From: Candidatus Flemingiibacterium sp.
GTDB lineage: Bacteria > Bacillota > Clostridia > Oscillospirales > CAG-272
Length of the DNA: 36,911 nt
Assembly (NCBI GenBank): GCA_045634345.1
Contig: JAZRAB010000097.1
Coordinates: forward strand, 1 to 36,911
Direction of reading: 5' to 3'
Part shown: positions 16,882 through 26,769 of the stretch, piece by piece
How the letters are laid out: each line of letters starts with the position of its first letter
How positions within the stretch are numbered: the stretch's first letter is position 1
Notes under the pieces: model-generated
Database searches by the model: none
The model's input: the letters and a program-made list of their open reading frames with translations, nothing else
What the model was told of the DNA's origin: nothing
Translations under genes and position numbers: made by a program

Positions 16882-17865
16882 ATGAAAAACAGAAAACAGC
16901 CAAAAGGTATATTTATTGTTGCTGTCTTACTTGTTTTGCTTGTGTCCTTGATCGTTGTCTTTTCGCTTGTCGAAAAGGCTATTAACCACATGAATGAGCT
17001 GCCCGATTCGCCTGATTATACCGATTCGGGCAACTCTCGCATTTACTATAATGATCACTGGTATACTCTCAATGAAAATATAGAGAGCATTCTGGTGCTC
17101 GGCATTGACTCGATGACAACACCGGACGGCTCGAAGGCTGATTCGCATCAGGCGGATTTCATTGCTTTGCTTGTCGTCGATAAATTGGATCACAGTTTCC
17201 GTGTTCTCTATATTAACCGCGATACTATGACTGAGATATCTCAGATTAATGATATCGGCGAGCAGTATGGCACATTCACCGCACAGCTTGCCTTGGCGCA
17301 TGCATACGGAAGTGACGGAAAGATGCGATGTCGCAATACCGTTTCTGCAATCGAGCATTTACTCTATGGTACTAACATTGACCATTATTTCTCCGTCACA
17401 ATGGATGCAGTCCCGATAATCAACGACAGTCTTGGCGGAGTGACAGTGACGCTTGAGGAAGATCTTCCTGCACTTGGCGAAGAGTTTTTGAAAGGCGCAG
17501 AGATCACCCTTAAAGGTGCAGACGCGCTTTCGTTTGTCCGCTGGAGAAGTGACGAGGCGGAGCAGAGTAATCTCGGCCGTATGGAGCGTCAGCGTCAGTA
17601 TATTGCGGCGTTCTTTGATAAATATACGACGGCGGATCTTGAAGATTCCTTTGAAACAATAACAGATATCGACGAATATATTGTTTCCGACTGCACTTTT
17701 AACCAACTTACGCTTCTTTTGGAGCGTCTGCAGGGATATTCACATAAAGGTACATTCTCTCTTGAGGGCGAAGCTGTCAAGGGAAGTGAGTATATTGAAT
17801 ATTACATTGATGAAAATGCGGTACAGGCTACAGTTGTAGATCTTTTTTATAAAATTGAGGAGTGA
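16882..17865 (+). CDS. LytR-CpsA-Psr (LCP) family glycopolymer transferase
   Basis: N-terminal TM, ILVLGID, ADFIAL, INRDT, LAHAYG, GGVTV, FVRWR and RMERQRQY. Confidence 0.9.
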   Translation: MKNRKQPKGIFIVAVLLVLLVSLIVVFSLVEKAINHMNELPDSPDYTDSGNSRIYYNDHWYTLNENIESILVLGIDSMTTPDGSKADSHQADFIALLVVDKLDHSFRVLYINRDTMTEISQINDIGEQYGTFTAQLALAHAYGSDGKMRCRNTVSAIEHLLYGTNIDHYFSVTMDAVPIINDSLGGVTVTLEEDLPALGEEFLKGAEITLKGADALSFVRWRSDEAEQSNLGRMERQRQYIAAFFDKYTTADLEDSFETITDIDEYIVSDCTFNQLTLLLERLQGYSHKGTFSLEGEAVKGSEYIEYYIDENAVQATVVDLFYKIEE

Positions 17866-17874
17866 CAACCTACA

Positions 17875-19917
17875 ATGAACAACAAATCTAATGGTATAAT
17901 GGAGGGCAATGATGAGGCAACCTCACGCAGACAGCCACATCTCCCACTCCAGATATATGATTTAATATTGCTGATTGCAGCAGTTGTTCTGTTGCTTGGA
18001 TTTAATCCGAGCAGTGCGGAAAAGTTCGGCATACTCCCTTTGGCGATTCATTTATTGCTATCTTATATATGTATTTTGTCATTCAGATCATTCGGCGGCG
18101 TTTATAGGCAGATTTGGCGATATAGCTCTCCGTTTTCGTATATAAGATTAATTACTTCCGATCTTTTCGCAGGAATTGTATATTACATACTTGTTCAGAT
18201 CCTTCCGATCGAAAAAATTGCGTTTGTACGTGCTTTTTCGCTTGTTGCATTAAATCTTTTACTTGCTGTAACAATACGTCTTTTGTATCAATTTTTATAT
18301 GAGCGTGCAAACAGACCCGGTAAGAGTTCATCTTTTTGGCGCTCTACTATGAAGCTTATGACCGGTCTTTCGTTTGACAATGAAAATGCCGGCAAAGCTT
18401 CTGAAGGTGCTTCAACAAATAACAAAATAAGAATCGCAATTGTTGGCGCAGGACAAGTTGGAGCTATGCTTGCTGAAGAGCTTATCAAGAATCCGAGAGC
18501 AGCTTACATACCGTGTTGCTTTATTGACATAGACCGTTCCAAGATAGGACGTGAAATTTACGGTTTGCCGGTTTTTGGTGGAGATAATGAGGTGGCACAA
18601 GCCCTTTCAGCACTTTCTGTGCAGGAAATCGTATTTGCTCTGCCTTGCGTTGAGCCTGAACATATAAAAAATCTTTATGAATACTATAAGAATACCGGAT
18701 GCAAGATCAAGGTGTACGACTATCCGGTAATGCAGACCGCCGATAAGAGCAAACGCCAAATGCGTGAATTTGATATTGAGGAATTGCTCTTCCGTAAGCC
18801 GATTGTGGTTAACGATGACCGAACGAGGGCTTATTATAAGGATAAAGTGGTCTTGATTACGGGCGGCGGCGGTTCGATAGGCAGTGAGCTTTGTCGACAG
18901 ATTGCGAGAATGGAACCAAGAGCGCTGATTATTCTTGACGTTTATGAAAACGGCGCATATGATATCCAACAGGAGCTACGAATTGCCTATGGCAACAAGC
19001 TCAAGGTCAGTGTAGAGATTCTTTCCGTATGTGATAAGTCCGGAATGGAGAAGGTTTTTAAGGCATACAACCCACACATTATTCTGCATGCGGCGGCGCA
19101 TAAACATGTTCCTCTGATGGAGCATAACTGCTGTGAGGCGGTTAAAAATAACGTGTTTGGTACGCTCAATGTGGTTGAGTTGGCTGAAAAGTACAATGTC
19201 GAGCGTTTTATCATGATTTCCACTGACAAGGCAGTTAATCCGACCAATGTAATGGGTGCTACCAAGCGTGTCTGCGAGATGATAATTCAAAGCCACAGCC
19301 GTACTGCGAAAACTACTACATTCAGTGCGACAAGATTCGGAAATGTCCTCGGAAGTGCCGCATCTGTCGTGCCGCTCTTTAAGAGACAGATTATGAACGG
19401 CGGTCCCGTTACAATTACGGACAAGCGCATAATCCGATATTTCATGACTATTCCCGAAGCAAGTCAGTTGGTGCTTCAGTCAGGAGCTATGGCGAAAAAC
19501 GGAGAGCTCTTCGTTCTTGATATGGGCAAATCCATACGTATTCTTGAGCTTGCAGAAACTATGATACGTCTCAGCGGCTATGAGCCATACCGCGATATTG
19601 ATATCGTGGAGACAGGTCTTCGCCCGGGCGAGAAGCTTTATGAGGAGCTGCTTATACGTACCGGTGAGCTTGATAAAACAGAAAACAGCTTGATATTCAT
19701 TGAGCGCGATGCCCCACTGTCAGACAAAGAATTGAATGAACGTCTTGACATTCTTCGCGCCGCGCTTGAAACTATTGATGATGCCGTAGTTAAGGATGCA
19801 CTAATGCGTGTCGTTCCGACATACCATGATCCTAGTTCTGTTAATTCGGATGCTGCCGCGCAGGAGCGAATTGAGAGATTGTCAAGCGCCTCTGAAGGGG
19901 TAACGGTAACTGTATAA
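17875..19917 (+). CDS. CapD/PglF-like membrane-bound UDP-GlcNAc 4,6-dehydratase (polysaccharide biosynthesis protein)
   Basis: Four N-terminal TMs, IVGAG, ITGGGGSIGSEL, HAAAHKHVP, ISTDKAVNPTNVMGATKR, RFGNV and RPGEKLYEEL. Confidence 0.92.
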   Translation: MNNKSNGIMEGNDEATSRRQPHLPLQIYDLILLIAAVVLLLGFNPSSAEKFGILPLAIHLLLSYICILSFRSFGGVYRQIWRYSSPFSYIRLITSDLFAGIVYYILVQILPIEKIAFVRAFSLVALNLLLAVTIRLLYQFLYERANRPGKSSSFWRSTMKLMTGLSFDNENAGKASEGASTNNKIRIAIVGAGQVGAMLAEELIKNPRAAYIPCCFIDIDRSKIGREIYGLPVFGGDNEVAQALSALSVQEIVFALPCVEPEHIKNLYEYYKNTGCKIKVYDYPVMQTADKSKRQMREFDIEELLFRKPIVVNDDRTRAYYKDKVVLITGGGGSIGSELCRQIARMEPRALIILDVYENGAYDIQQELRIAYGNKLKVSVEILSVCDKSGMEKVFKAYNPHIILHAAAHKHVPLMEHNCCEAVKNNVFGTLNVVELAEKYNVERFIMISTDKAVNPTNVMGATKRVCEMIIQSHSRTAKTTTFSATRFGNVLGSAASVVPLFKRQIMNGGPVTITDKRIIRYFMTIPEASQLVLQSGAMAKNGELFVLDMGKSIRILELAETMIRLSGYEPYRDIDIVETGLRPGEKLYEELLIRTGELDKTENSLIFIERDAPLSDKELNERLDILRAALETIDDAVVKDALMRVVPTYHDPSSVNSDAAAQERIERLSSASEGVTVTV

Positions 19918-19922
19918 ATATT

Positions 19923-19959
19923 ATAAAGAAAGAGCCGAGTATATCGGCTCTTTCTTTAT
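19923..19959. terminator. Bidirectional intrinsic terminator between convergent capD-like and wzt
   Basis: 16-bp perfect inverted repeat ATAAAGAAAGAGCCGA / TCGGCTCTTTCTTTAT. Confidence 0.85.
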
Positions 19960-21227
19960 GTCTTATCGAATATAGTATCCGGTAATTTGATATGCCCCCA
20001 ACGATGGGGAAACCAATTTGTTTTTATGTTGTCCTCAATTCTGAAAAAGCAGACGGGCCATGCGGTGTCATAGTCCTCAAATCCACCGTATTCATTTGTC
20101 CCGTATATGACAAATACGCAGTTATATCTTCCGCGTGTCAATTCGTCAGTGGGGAAATGCAGATTAAATGCTTTTTCTTCTCCCACAGACATTGATTCCA
20201 GCATCTCACAAAATGATGTACCGACAACGGAATCATCCTGAAATCTTAACTCAAGCCGGAAATTTAATTGCGTTATTGGAACGGTGGCTTTAACTGTAAG
20301 TCGGAGATGAATCTTTTCACCGGAGTGGTATACAGGCTGTTCCTTATCAAGCACCTCAAGGCGTGTCATTTGGGCTTTTGGATTGCTTGGAAAGTGTTTG
20401 ATTTTCGTATTAGTGAGATCTACATCGAGGTCGTCCGATGAAGTATTAAGCCCCATATATATTGCAATTCCGTCTTCAACATCACCGTCGAACACTATCT
20501 TACCGTCATCGAGAACTACACATCGGTCACATAATTGGCGTATGGTGTTCATGTTGTGGGAAACATAAAGCACGGTGCGTCCTTCCTCTTTTGCGACATT
20601 GCGCATCTTGTTGAGGCATTTTTCCTGAAATGCCATATCTCCAACAGCGAGGACCTCGTCCATTATCATGATCTCACTGTCAAGATGAGCCGCAACCGAA
20701 AACGCAAGCTTTACATACATGCCGGATGAATAACGCTTGACGGGGGTATCAATGAAGTCACGGATCTCGGAAAACTCTATAATATCTTCCATTTTTTTAT
20801 CTATTTCCGCTTTTGTCATGCCGAGAATAGCGCCGTTCATGTAGATGTTTTCGCGTCCTGTCATCTCGGGGCTGAAGCCGGTGCCAACTTCGAGCATGGA
20901 AGCTATTCTGCCGTATATATCTACAGTACCATCGCTCGGTGCGGTAATGCGAGAGAGTATTTTCAGCATTGTGGATTTGCCTGCACCGTTACCGCCGATT
21001 ATTCCGATTGCTTCTCCCTTGTAAATCGTCAGATCAATGCCGTTAAGTGCCATGAATGTGTCACCGCGAAGACGTACATTCTGACCGATTTTTGTGTTAG
21101 GATCTTCTTTTTTGCGTACCTTTGCCCACCAACTTTGCAGGTCGGCAGTCAGCGTGCCGCCCCCGATTTGACCGAGACGGTACTGCTTTTTTAGTCCTTG
21201 TATTTTTACTGCGATATCTTCGCTCAT
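19956..21227 (-). CDS. wzt: Polysaccharide ABC transporter ATP-binding subunit (Wzt) with C-terminal Wzt_C-like domain
   Basis: GGNGAGKST, YSSGMYVKLAF, IMDEVLAVGD and VSH motifs, plus a C-terminal extension of about 160 aa. Confidence 0.9.
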   Translation of the reverse strand: MSEDIAVKIQGLKKQYRLGQIGGGTLTADLQSWWAKVRKKEDPNTKIGQNVRLRGDTFMALNGIDLTIYKGEAIGIIGGNGAGKSTMLKILSRITAPSDGTVDIYGRIASMLEVGTGFSPEMTGRENIYMNGAILGMTKAEIDKKMEDIIEFSEIRDFIDTPVKRYSSGMYVKLAFSVAAHLDSEIMIMDEVLAVGDMAFQEKCLNKMRNVAKEEGRTVLYVSHNMNTIRQLCDRCVVLDDGKIVFDGDVEDGIAIYMGLNTSSDDLDVDLTNTKIKHFPSNPKAQMTRLEVLDKEQPVYHSGEKIHLRLTVKATVPITQLNFRLELRFQDDSVVGTSFCEMLESMSVGEEKAFNLHFPTDELTRGRYNCVFVIYGTNEYGGFEDYDTAWPVCFFRIEDNIKTNWFPHRWGHIKLPDTIFDKT

Positions 21228-21260
21228 AAATTGCACCTCGTTTTTTTGAAGATGAACTTA

Positions 21261-22115
21261 TTATACGGTGTCCATAAAGGTTTTTTCGACCTTGCTGAAT
21301 ATGACCACACCAAGTGTCACTACCGCTGTCATTACGACAATGGAAATTATCCAATACAACGGATTTACGGCACCAACGCCGAGGAATATCCATCTGAAGG
21401 TCTCAATGGCACATGTTACGGGATTAAGCATGATAATATTGTATAACTTGCTGTTTGCGAGAGTTGATATCGGGTATACGACCGGAGTTATGTACATCCA
21501 TAGCTGTACGCCGAATGTAACCAGCATGGCTAAATCTCGGTATTTTGTTGTTAAGCTTGATACGATAATGCCAAATCCGAGTCCTAAGAACCCGAGGTAT
21601 AGAATAATAAGCGGTAAGAGGATGATGTACAGATAGTTGGGGGTGATTGCACCGGTTATCAGATAGTAGACCCAAAACAGCAAAAACATGGTAAACTGTA
21701 CGAGAAAGTTGATTGCTGAGGAGAGTACCGTGGAAATGGGGCTTGCAAGCCTTGGGAAGTAAACTTTGCCGAAAACCCGTGCATTATTTGTAAAGGTGGC
21801 AGAGGTTTGATTAAGGCAGGTTGAGAAAAAAGTCCAAACCGCAGTGCCACCCATATAGAAAAGAATTTGGGGGATTCCGTCTGTTGAAATATTTGCGATA
21901 TTGCCAAATACAAGCGTATAAATAAGCGTGGTCATAAGAGGCTGCAGAATTATCCAGGCAGGTCCTAAAATCGTTTGCTTGTAGATTAGTATAAATCTGC
22001 GCTTGGTGAAGAGCCATATAAGATCACGGTATTGCCACAGCTCTTTTAAATTAATATCAAACCATCCGTTTTTAGCTTTCAAATGGGTATGGTATTTAGG
22101 CAGCGTCTGTTTCAT
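21261..22115 (-). CDS. wzm: Polysaccharide ABC transporter permease (Wzm)
   Basis: ELWQYRDL, YKQTILGPAW, KVYFPR, KYRD, MYITPVVYP and LNP motifs. Start at 22115 fits the AGGAG spacing better than 22124. Confidence 0.9.
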   Translation of the reverse strand: MKQTLPKYHTHLKAKNGWFDINLKELWQYRDLIWLFTKRRFILIYKQTILGPAWIILQPLMTTLIYTLVFGNIANISTDGIPQILFYMGGTAVWTFFSTCLNQTSATFTNNARVFGKVYFPRLASPISTVLSSAINFLVQFTMFLLFWVYYLITGAITPNYLYIILLPLIILYLGFLGLGFGIIVSSLTTKYRDLAMLVTFGVQLWMYITPVVYPISTLANSKLYNIIMLNPVTCAIETFRWIFLGVGAVNPLYWIISIVVMTAVVTLGVVIFSKVEKTFMDTV

Positions 22116-22158
22116 GTTTTTCATCTCCTACAAGTTGATAAACTGACAGATTTATAGG

Positions 22159-22184
22159 AAAAAGCAGCGGTGAGCTGCTTTTTT
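22159..22184 (-). terminator. Terminator-like hairpin in the wzm leader
   Basis: AAAAAGCAGC-N5-GCTGCTTTTT lies between the wzm promoter and the start codon. Confidence 0.5.
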
Positions 22185-22218
22185 GATTACCTATGTGTGA
22201 ATTATACTTCATTATATA

Positions 22219-22247
22219 AGTATACCACAAAAAGCGGAGGATGTCAA
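22219..22247 (-). promoter_or_regulatory. sigmaA promoter of wzm-wzt
   Basis: Minus strand TTGACA-17 nt-TATACT with extended TG. Confidence 0.7.
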
Positions 22248-22265
22248 GTGTTTATAAGTTCAATA

Positions 22266-22300
22266 AAAACGCTGCTGCGCATTATGCACAGCAGCGTTTT
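22266..22300 (-). terminator. gdhA terminator
   Basis: AAAACGCTGCTG...CAGCAGCGTTTT inverted repeat just past the gdhA stop. Confidence 0.8.
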
Positions 22301-22319
22301 ATATGTGTACTGTTAATGA

Positions 22320-23675
22320 TTAATAAGCGATGCCCTGAGCCTTCATTGCTTCTGCAACCTTAAGGAAGCCGGCAATGTTAGCACCTGCAACCAGGTCGCC
22401 TTCCAGACCGTATTCCTTTGCAGCAGCAACGGAGTTATCGAAGATATTCTTCATGATCTGCTTCAGCTTTGCGTCAACCTCTTCAGCAGTCCAGCTGTAG
22501 CGCATGGAGTTCTGGCTCATTTCGAGACCGGATACTGCAACGCCGCCTGCATTTACTGCCTTGGAAGGTGCTACTACTACGCCGTTTGCCTTGAGGTATG
22601 CAACAGCCTCGTTTGTGGTAGGCATGTTGGAAACCTCAACATAGTATTTAACGCCGTTAGCAACGATCTTCTTGGCATCGTCGATGTTGACCTCGTTCTG
22701 TGTAGCGCAAGGCATGATAACATCAACCTTTGTGCCCCAAGGCTTTTCCTTAGCGAAGAAGGGAACACCGAACTTGTCAGCGTAGTCCTGAACCTTGTTG
22801 CGATTGGATGCGCGCATTTCAAGCATGAACTTGATCTTTTCAGGTGTATTCACGCCGTTTTCATCGTAAATGTAACCGTCGGGACCGGAGATAGTAACAA
22901 CCTTACCGCCGAGTTCAGTAATCTTCTGAACTGTACCCCAAGCAACATTACCGAAGCCGGATACTGCGAAGGTCTTGCCTTTGATATCCTCACCGTAGGA
23001 TTTGAGCAGCTCAACTGCGTAGTAAACCGCACCAAAGCCGGTAGCCTCGGGACGAATGAGCGATCCGCCGTAGGAGAAGCCCTTACCGGTGAGAACGCCG
23101 GTGAACTCGTTGCGCAGTCTCTTGTACTGACCGAAGAGATAACCGATCTCGCGTGCTCCGACACCGATATCGCCTGCGGGAACGTCTGTATCAGCACCGA
23201 TGTGCTTGGAAAGCTCGGTCATAAAGCTCTGGCAGAAGCGCATGATCTCTCCGTCGGACTTGCCGGTAGGATCGAAGTCAGCGCCGCCCTTACCGCCGCC
23301 CATGGGAAGACCGGTGAGGGAGTTCTTGAAGGTCTGCTCAAAACCGAGGAACTTCATGATAGAAGCATTAACTGTGGGATGGAAACGCAGACCGCCCTTG
23401 TAAGGACCGATTGCGGAGTTGAACTGTACACGGTAGCCGCGGTTTACCTGAACCTTGCCGTTGTCATCAACCCAGCTTACTCTGAACTGAATCTTACGCT
23501 CAGGCTCAACCATGCGCTCGAAAATACCTGCTTCAATAAAGTCAGGGCGTTTTTCTGCAACGGGCTCAAGAGATTCGAGAACCTCTTCTACTGTCTGATG
23601 GAACTCGGTCTCGCCGGGATTTCTTTTGCAAACATTCTCATAAACACTTGCAAGATAACTGTTTTTCAGTGCCAT
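22320..23675 (-). CDS. gdhA: NADP-specific glutamate dehydrogenase
   Basis: GPYKGGLRFHP, KFLGFEQ, GGGKGG, DVPAGDIGVG, RPEATGFG, SGFGNV and NAGGVAVS. Start moved to MALKNSY. Confidence 0.96.
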   Translation of the reverse strand: MALKNSYLASVYENVCKRNPGETEFHQTVEEVLESLEPVAEKRPDFIEAGIFERMVEPERKIQFRVSWVDDNGKVQVNRGYRVQFNSAIGPYKGGLRFHPTVNASIMKFLGFEQTFKNSLTGLPMGGGKGGADFDPTGKSDGEIMRFCQSFMTELSKHIGADTDVPAGDIGVGAREIGYLFGQYKRLRNEFTGVLTGKGFSYGGSLIRPEATGFGAVYYAVELLKSYGEDIKGKTFAVSGFGNVAWGTVQKITELGGKVVTISGPDGYIYDENGVNTPEKIKFMLEMRASNRNKVQDYADKFGVPFFAKEKPWGTKVDVIMPCATQNEVNIDDAKKIVANGVKYYVEVSNMPTTNEAVAYLKANGVVVAPSKAVNAGGVAVSGLEMSQNSMRYSWTAEEVDAKLKQIMKNIFDNSVAAAKEYGLEGDLVAGANIAGFLKVAEAMKAQGIAY

Positions 23676-23897
23676 TGGTATGTACCTCTTTTTGTATTTG
23701 GATTTCACGCAGTTTAGCGTGTTAATTTACGTTATCTATTATACTACACTTTATTCGTTTTTGCAATATCTGTGACAAAAAAATTCATATTTTATATGTT
23801 AATAATTTGAAAATTTAAAATTTATAGTATTTATATAATATAAAGTGATTTTGCCTAATAAATGGAAATATAATTAAATATATACAATTAAAGGACG

Positions 23898-25442
23898 GTG
23901 AAATATTTGCGCATACTGCAGCGTTTTTTGTTTAACGGAATCATAATGACAGTTACTTCTTTACTGCTTCGAACTCTCGGCGTGGCATTCAATGCTTTTA
24001 TTTCACGCGAGCTTGGCGCTGACGGAATGGGATTGTTTACGCTTATTATGAGTGTTTACGGACTTGCGGTAACGCTTGCTGCTTCAGGTGTTAATCTTGC
24101 TGCCACACGTTTGTGCGCCGAGGCGCTGGGAAATGGAAATGAGGCGGCAGTAAGCGGTGCCTTGAGGCGCTGTCTTACATATGCACTTACTTGCGGTATT
24201 ATTGCGTGCGTAATACTTTATTTGGGGGCAGAGTATGTATCGCAAGCGTGGCTTGGGGACGTGCGTTGTATGCCGTCTTTACGTTTGCTTGCATTGAGTC
24301 TTCCTTTTATTGCTGCTTCTAATGTGCTTCACGGATACTTTACTGCAGTGCGCAAGGTGTCAAAAAGTGCGGCAACACAGATATTTGAACAGCTTTTCAA
24401 GATGCTTGTTACCGTATGGGCACTTTTGTATATAGTTCCCGACGGAATAGAGTATGCCTGCATGGCACTTGTCGGAGGAGGTGCACTTGCCGAGAGTGCT
24501 TCATTTGCGATGGCACTGCTTCTTTATCTTATTGACAGACGTAAAATGAAGCATACAGTTCTTGAACGGGAAAATGGGAAAAAACTGACACGTGAGCTTT
24601 TCAAGATAACTATTCCCGTTGCAGCTGCCGCATATGTGCGCTCGGGACTGTCAACGCTTGAGCATATACTAATTCCGCGCGGACTTCGGAAGAATCCGGT
24701 GACTGCGGATACTGCACTTGCTACATACGGTGTGTTGTGCGGCATGGTAATGCCTATCATAATGTTCCCGACAGCACTGCTGTATTCATTTACGGGTTTG
24801 CTTGTTCCCGAATTTGCCGAGGCGCAGGCGAGAAAAAACACGGTGCATATACGTTACATGATATCGCGCTCTCTTGGACTTACACTTATATTTTCGATCG
24901 GTTGTGCGGCGATTATGTCTATGCTCTCACACGAGCTTGGAATGTTGATTTATGACAGCTACGATGCGGGAGAATTTATCCGCGTAATGGCACCGCTTAT
25001 ACCTTTAATGTATCTTGATCATGCGGTTGATGCAATATTAAAAGGTCTCGGTGAACAGCTTTACTGCATGAAGGTCAATATTCTTGACTCTGCGATGTGT
25101 ACCTTGCTCGTGTACATTCTTTGTCCGCGAGTGGGGATATACGGTTATATTATAACTATATACATTGCTGAAGCGGCTAATACGGCACTCAGCTTGGCGC
25201 GACTTATAAAGGTAAGCGGATTTTCTGTTCGAGTCGTTGATCGCTTTATAAAGCCGATGGTGTGTGCGACTGGAGCGGTTGCCCTGCTTCGGTTATTTGG
25301 AATTTCCGAGCTTGGTGTCACTTGGATATCGCTTTTGGGCACGTCAGTACTTACGGTAAGTACATATTTTATATTGCTTATCGGAACGGGGAGTGTATCA
25401 GTACAAGATATTAAGTGGGCGTCGTGTGTTATCAAGCGGTAA
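23898..25442 (+). CDS. SpoVB-like MOP/MurJ superfamily flippase (polysaccharide biosynthesis protein)
   Basis: About 14 TMs with ISRELGADGMGLF, QIFEQ, IPRGL and ILKGLGEQ, resembling stage V sporulation protein B. Confidence 0.8.
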   Translation: MKYLRILQRFLFNGIIMTVTSLLLRTLGVAFNAFISRELGADGMGLFTLIMSVYGLAVTLAASGVNLAATRLCAEALGNGNEAAVSGALRRCLTYALTCGIIACVILYLGAEYVSQAWLGDVRCMPSLRLLALSLPFIAASNVLHGYFTAVRKVSKSAATQIFEQLFKMLVTVWALLYIVPDGIEYACMALVGGGALAESASFAMALLLYLIDRRKMKHTVLERENGKKLTRELFKITIPVAAAAYVRSGLSTLEHILIPRGLRKNPVTADTALATYGVLCGMVMPIIMFPTALLYSFTGLLVPEFAEAQARKNTVHIRYMISRSLGLTLIFSIGCAAIMSMLSHELGMLIYDSYDAGEFIRVMAPLIPLMYLDHAVDAILKGLGEQLYCMKVNILDSAMCTLLVYILCPRVGIYGYIITIYIAEAANTALSLARLIKVSGFSVRVVDRFIKPMVCATGAVALLRLFGISELGVTWISLLGTSVLTVSTYFILLIGTGSVSVQDIKWASCVIKR

Positions 25443-25517
25443 TTTGCAGCAGAGGCTAAAGCATTGCTGATATTAAGATATGGAGTAATAAAAAATCATA
25501 TGTTAATAAAATATACA

Positions 25518-25546
25518 TTGAAAAATTTGCTTTAGTGTGGTACAAT
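25518..25546 (+). promoter_or_regulatory. sigmaA promoter of dapL
   Basis: TTGAAA-17 nt-TACAAT with extended TG. Confidence 0.6.
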
Positions 25547-25584
25547 ATATCTAATAATGAATTTTTATCAAAAGGGAGACCACT

Positions 25585-26769
25585 ATGAAGATCAATCAGA
25601 ACTACAAAAAACTCAAGGAAAGCTATCTTTTTTCCGATATTGCCAAAAAGACTGCGGCATATAAGGCGGAAAATCCGAATGCCGATATCATTCGTCTCGG
25701 TATCGGAGATGTAACACTTCCGCTCTGTCCTGCTGTCGTTGACGCACTGCATACTGCAGCTGACGAAATGGGCGGCAAGGATACATTTAAGGGTTACGGT
25801 CCCGAGCAGGGCTACGGCTTTTTAAAGGATGCCATCAAGGCTTATTACAAGGAAGAAGACGGTGTGGAGCTTGACGTAGACGAAATATTTATTTCTGACG
25901 GCGCGAAGAGCGACCTTGGAAATATCCTCGATATATTTGCAAAGGATAACACCGTGCTTGTGCCTGACCCGGTATATCCCGTATATGTTGACACCAACAC
26001 TATGGACGGAAGAAACATCGTGTACATGAAGGGAAGCGCGGAAAACAACTTCCTGCCTATGCCCGATGATTCCGTTGATGCGGACATAATTTATCTCTGC
26101 TCGCCTAACAATCCCACCGGTGCGGCATATAATCATGAACAGCTTAAAGCATGGGTTGAATATGCGACCAAGAAGGGTGCTATTATTCTCTTTGACGCGG
26201 CGTATGAGTCATTTATATCGACAAAAGAGCTTGTACGTTCGATTTATGAGATTGACGGCGCGAGAGGCTGTGCGATTGAATTTTGCTCGTTCTCGAAGAC
26301 CGCAGGATTTACCGGCACTCGATGCGGATGGACGGTCGTTCCGATGGAGCTTGAATGTGATGGGCTCAAATTAAACAAGCTGTGGCTGCGCCGTCAGACA
26401 ACCAAGTTTAACGGTGTTTCCTATCCTGTACAGCGTGCGGCAATGGCAGTATTCACTCCTGAGGGACGTGCGCAAATTGCAGAAAATCTTGCTTATTACA
26501 AGGAAAATGCAGGCATCATCACAGCGGCTCTCGATGAGCTTGGCATATGGTATACGGGCGGTGTAAATTCGCCGTACATCTGGCTTAAGTGCCCGAACGG
26601 TATGGGCTCGTGGGAGTTCTTTGACCTGCTTCTCACTAAGGCAAATGTCGTCGGAACCCCCGGCGCAGGATTTGGTGAGATGGGCGAAGGCTTCTTCAGA
26701 CTCACCGCATTCGGTGACAGAGAGCGTACACGCGAAGCGGCAGAGAGAATAAAAAAGCTCTTTAAATAA
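25585..26769 (+). CDS. dapL: LL-diaminopimelate aminotransferase
   Basis: [49 protein letters not shown] (PLP Lys) and TKFNG. Confidence 0.95.
   Translation: MKINQNYKKLKESYLFSDIAKKTAAYKAENPNADIIRLGIGDVTLPLCPAVVDALHTAADEMGGKDTFKGYGPEQGYGFLKDAIKAYYKEEDGVELDVDEIFISDGAKSDLGNILDIFAKDNTVLVPDPVYPVYVDTNTMDGRNIVYMKGSAENNFLPMPDDSVDADIIYLCSPNNPTGAAYNHEQLKAWVEYATKKGAIILFDAAYESFISTKELVRSIYEIDGARGCAIEFCSFSKTAGFTGTRCGWTVVPMELECDGLKLNKLWLRRQTTKFNGVSYPVQRAAMAVFTPEGRAQIAENLAYYKENAGIITAALDELGIWYTGGVNSPYIWLKCPNGMGSWEFFDLLLTKANVVGTPGAGFGEMGEGFFRLTAFGDRERTREAAERIKKLFK

Noticed and set aside
19336-19375. CapD-like motif reads FGNVLGSAASV rather than the usual GSxGSV, suggesting possible inactivation
   Set aside because: The ORF is intact and the other motifs (TDKA, MGATK, GEKLYEE) are conserved. 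A single deviation cannot support a pseudogene call.
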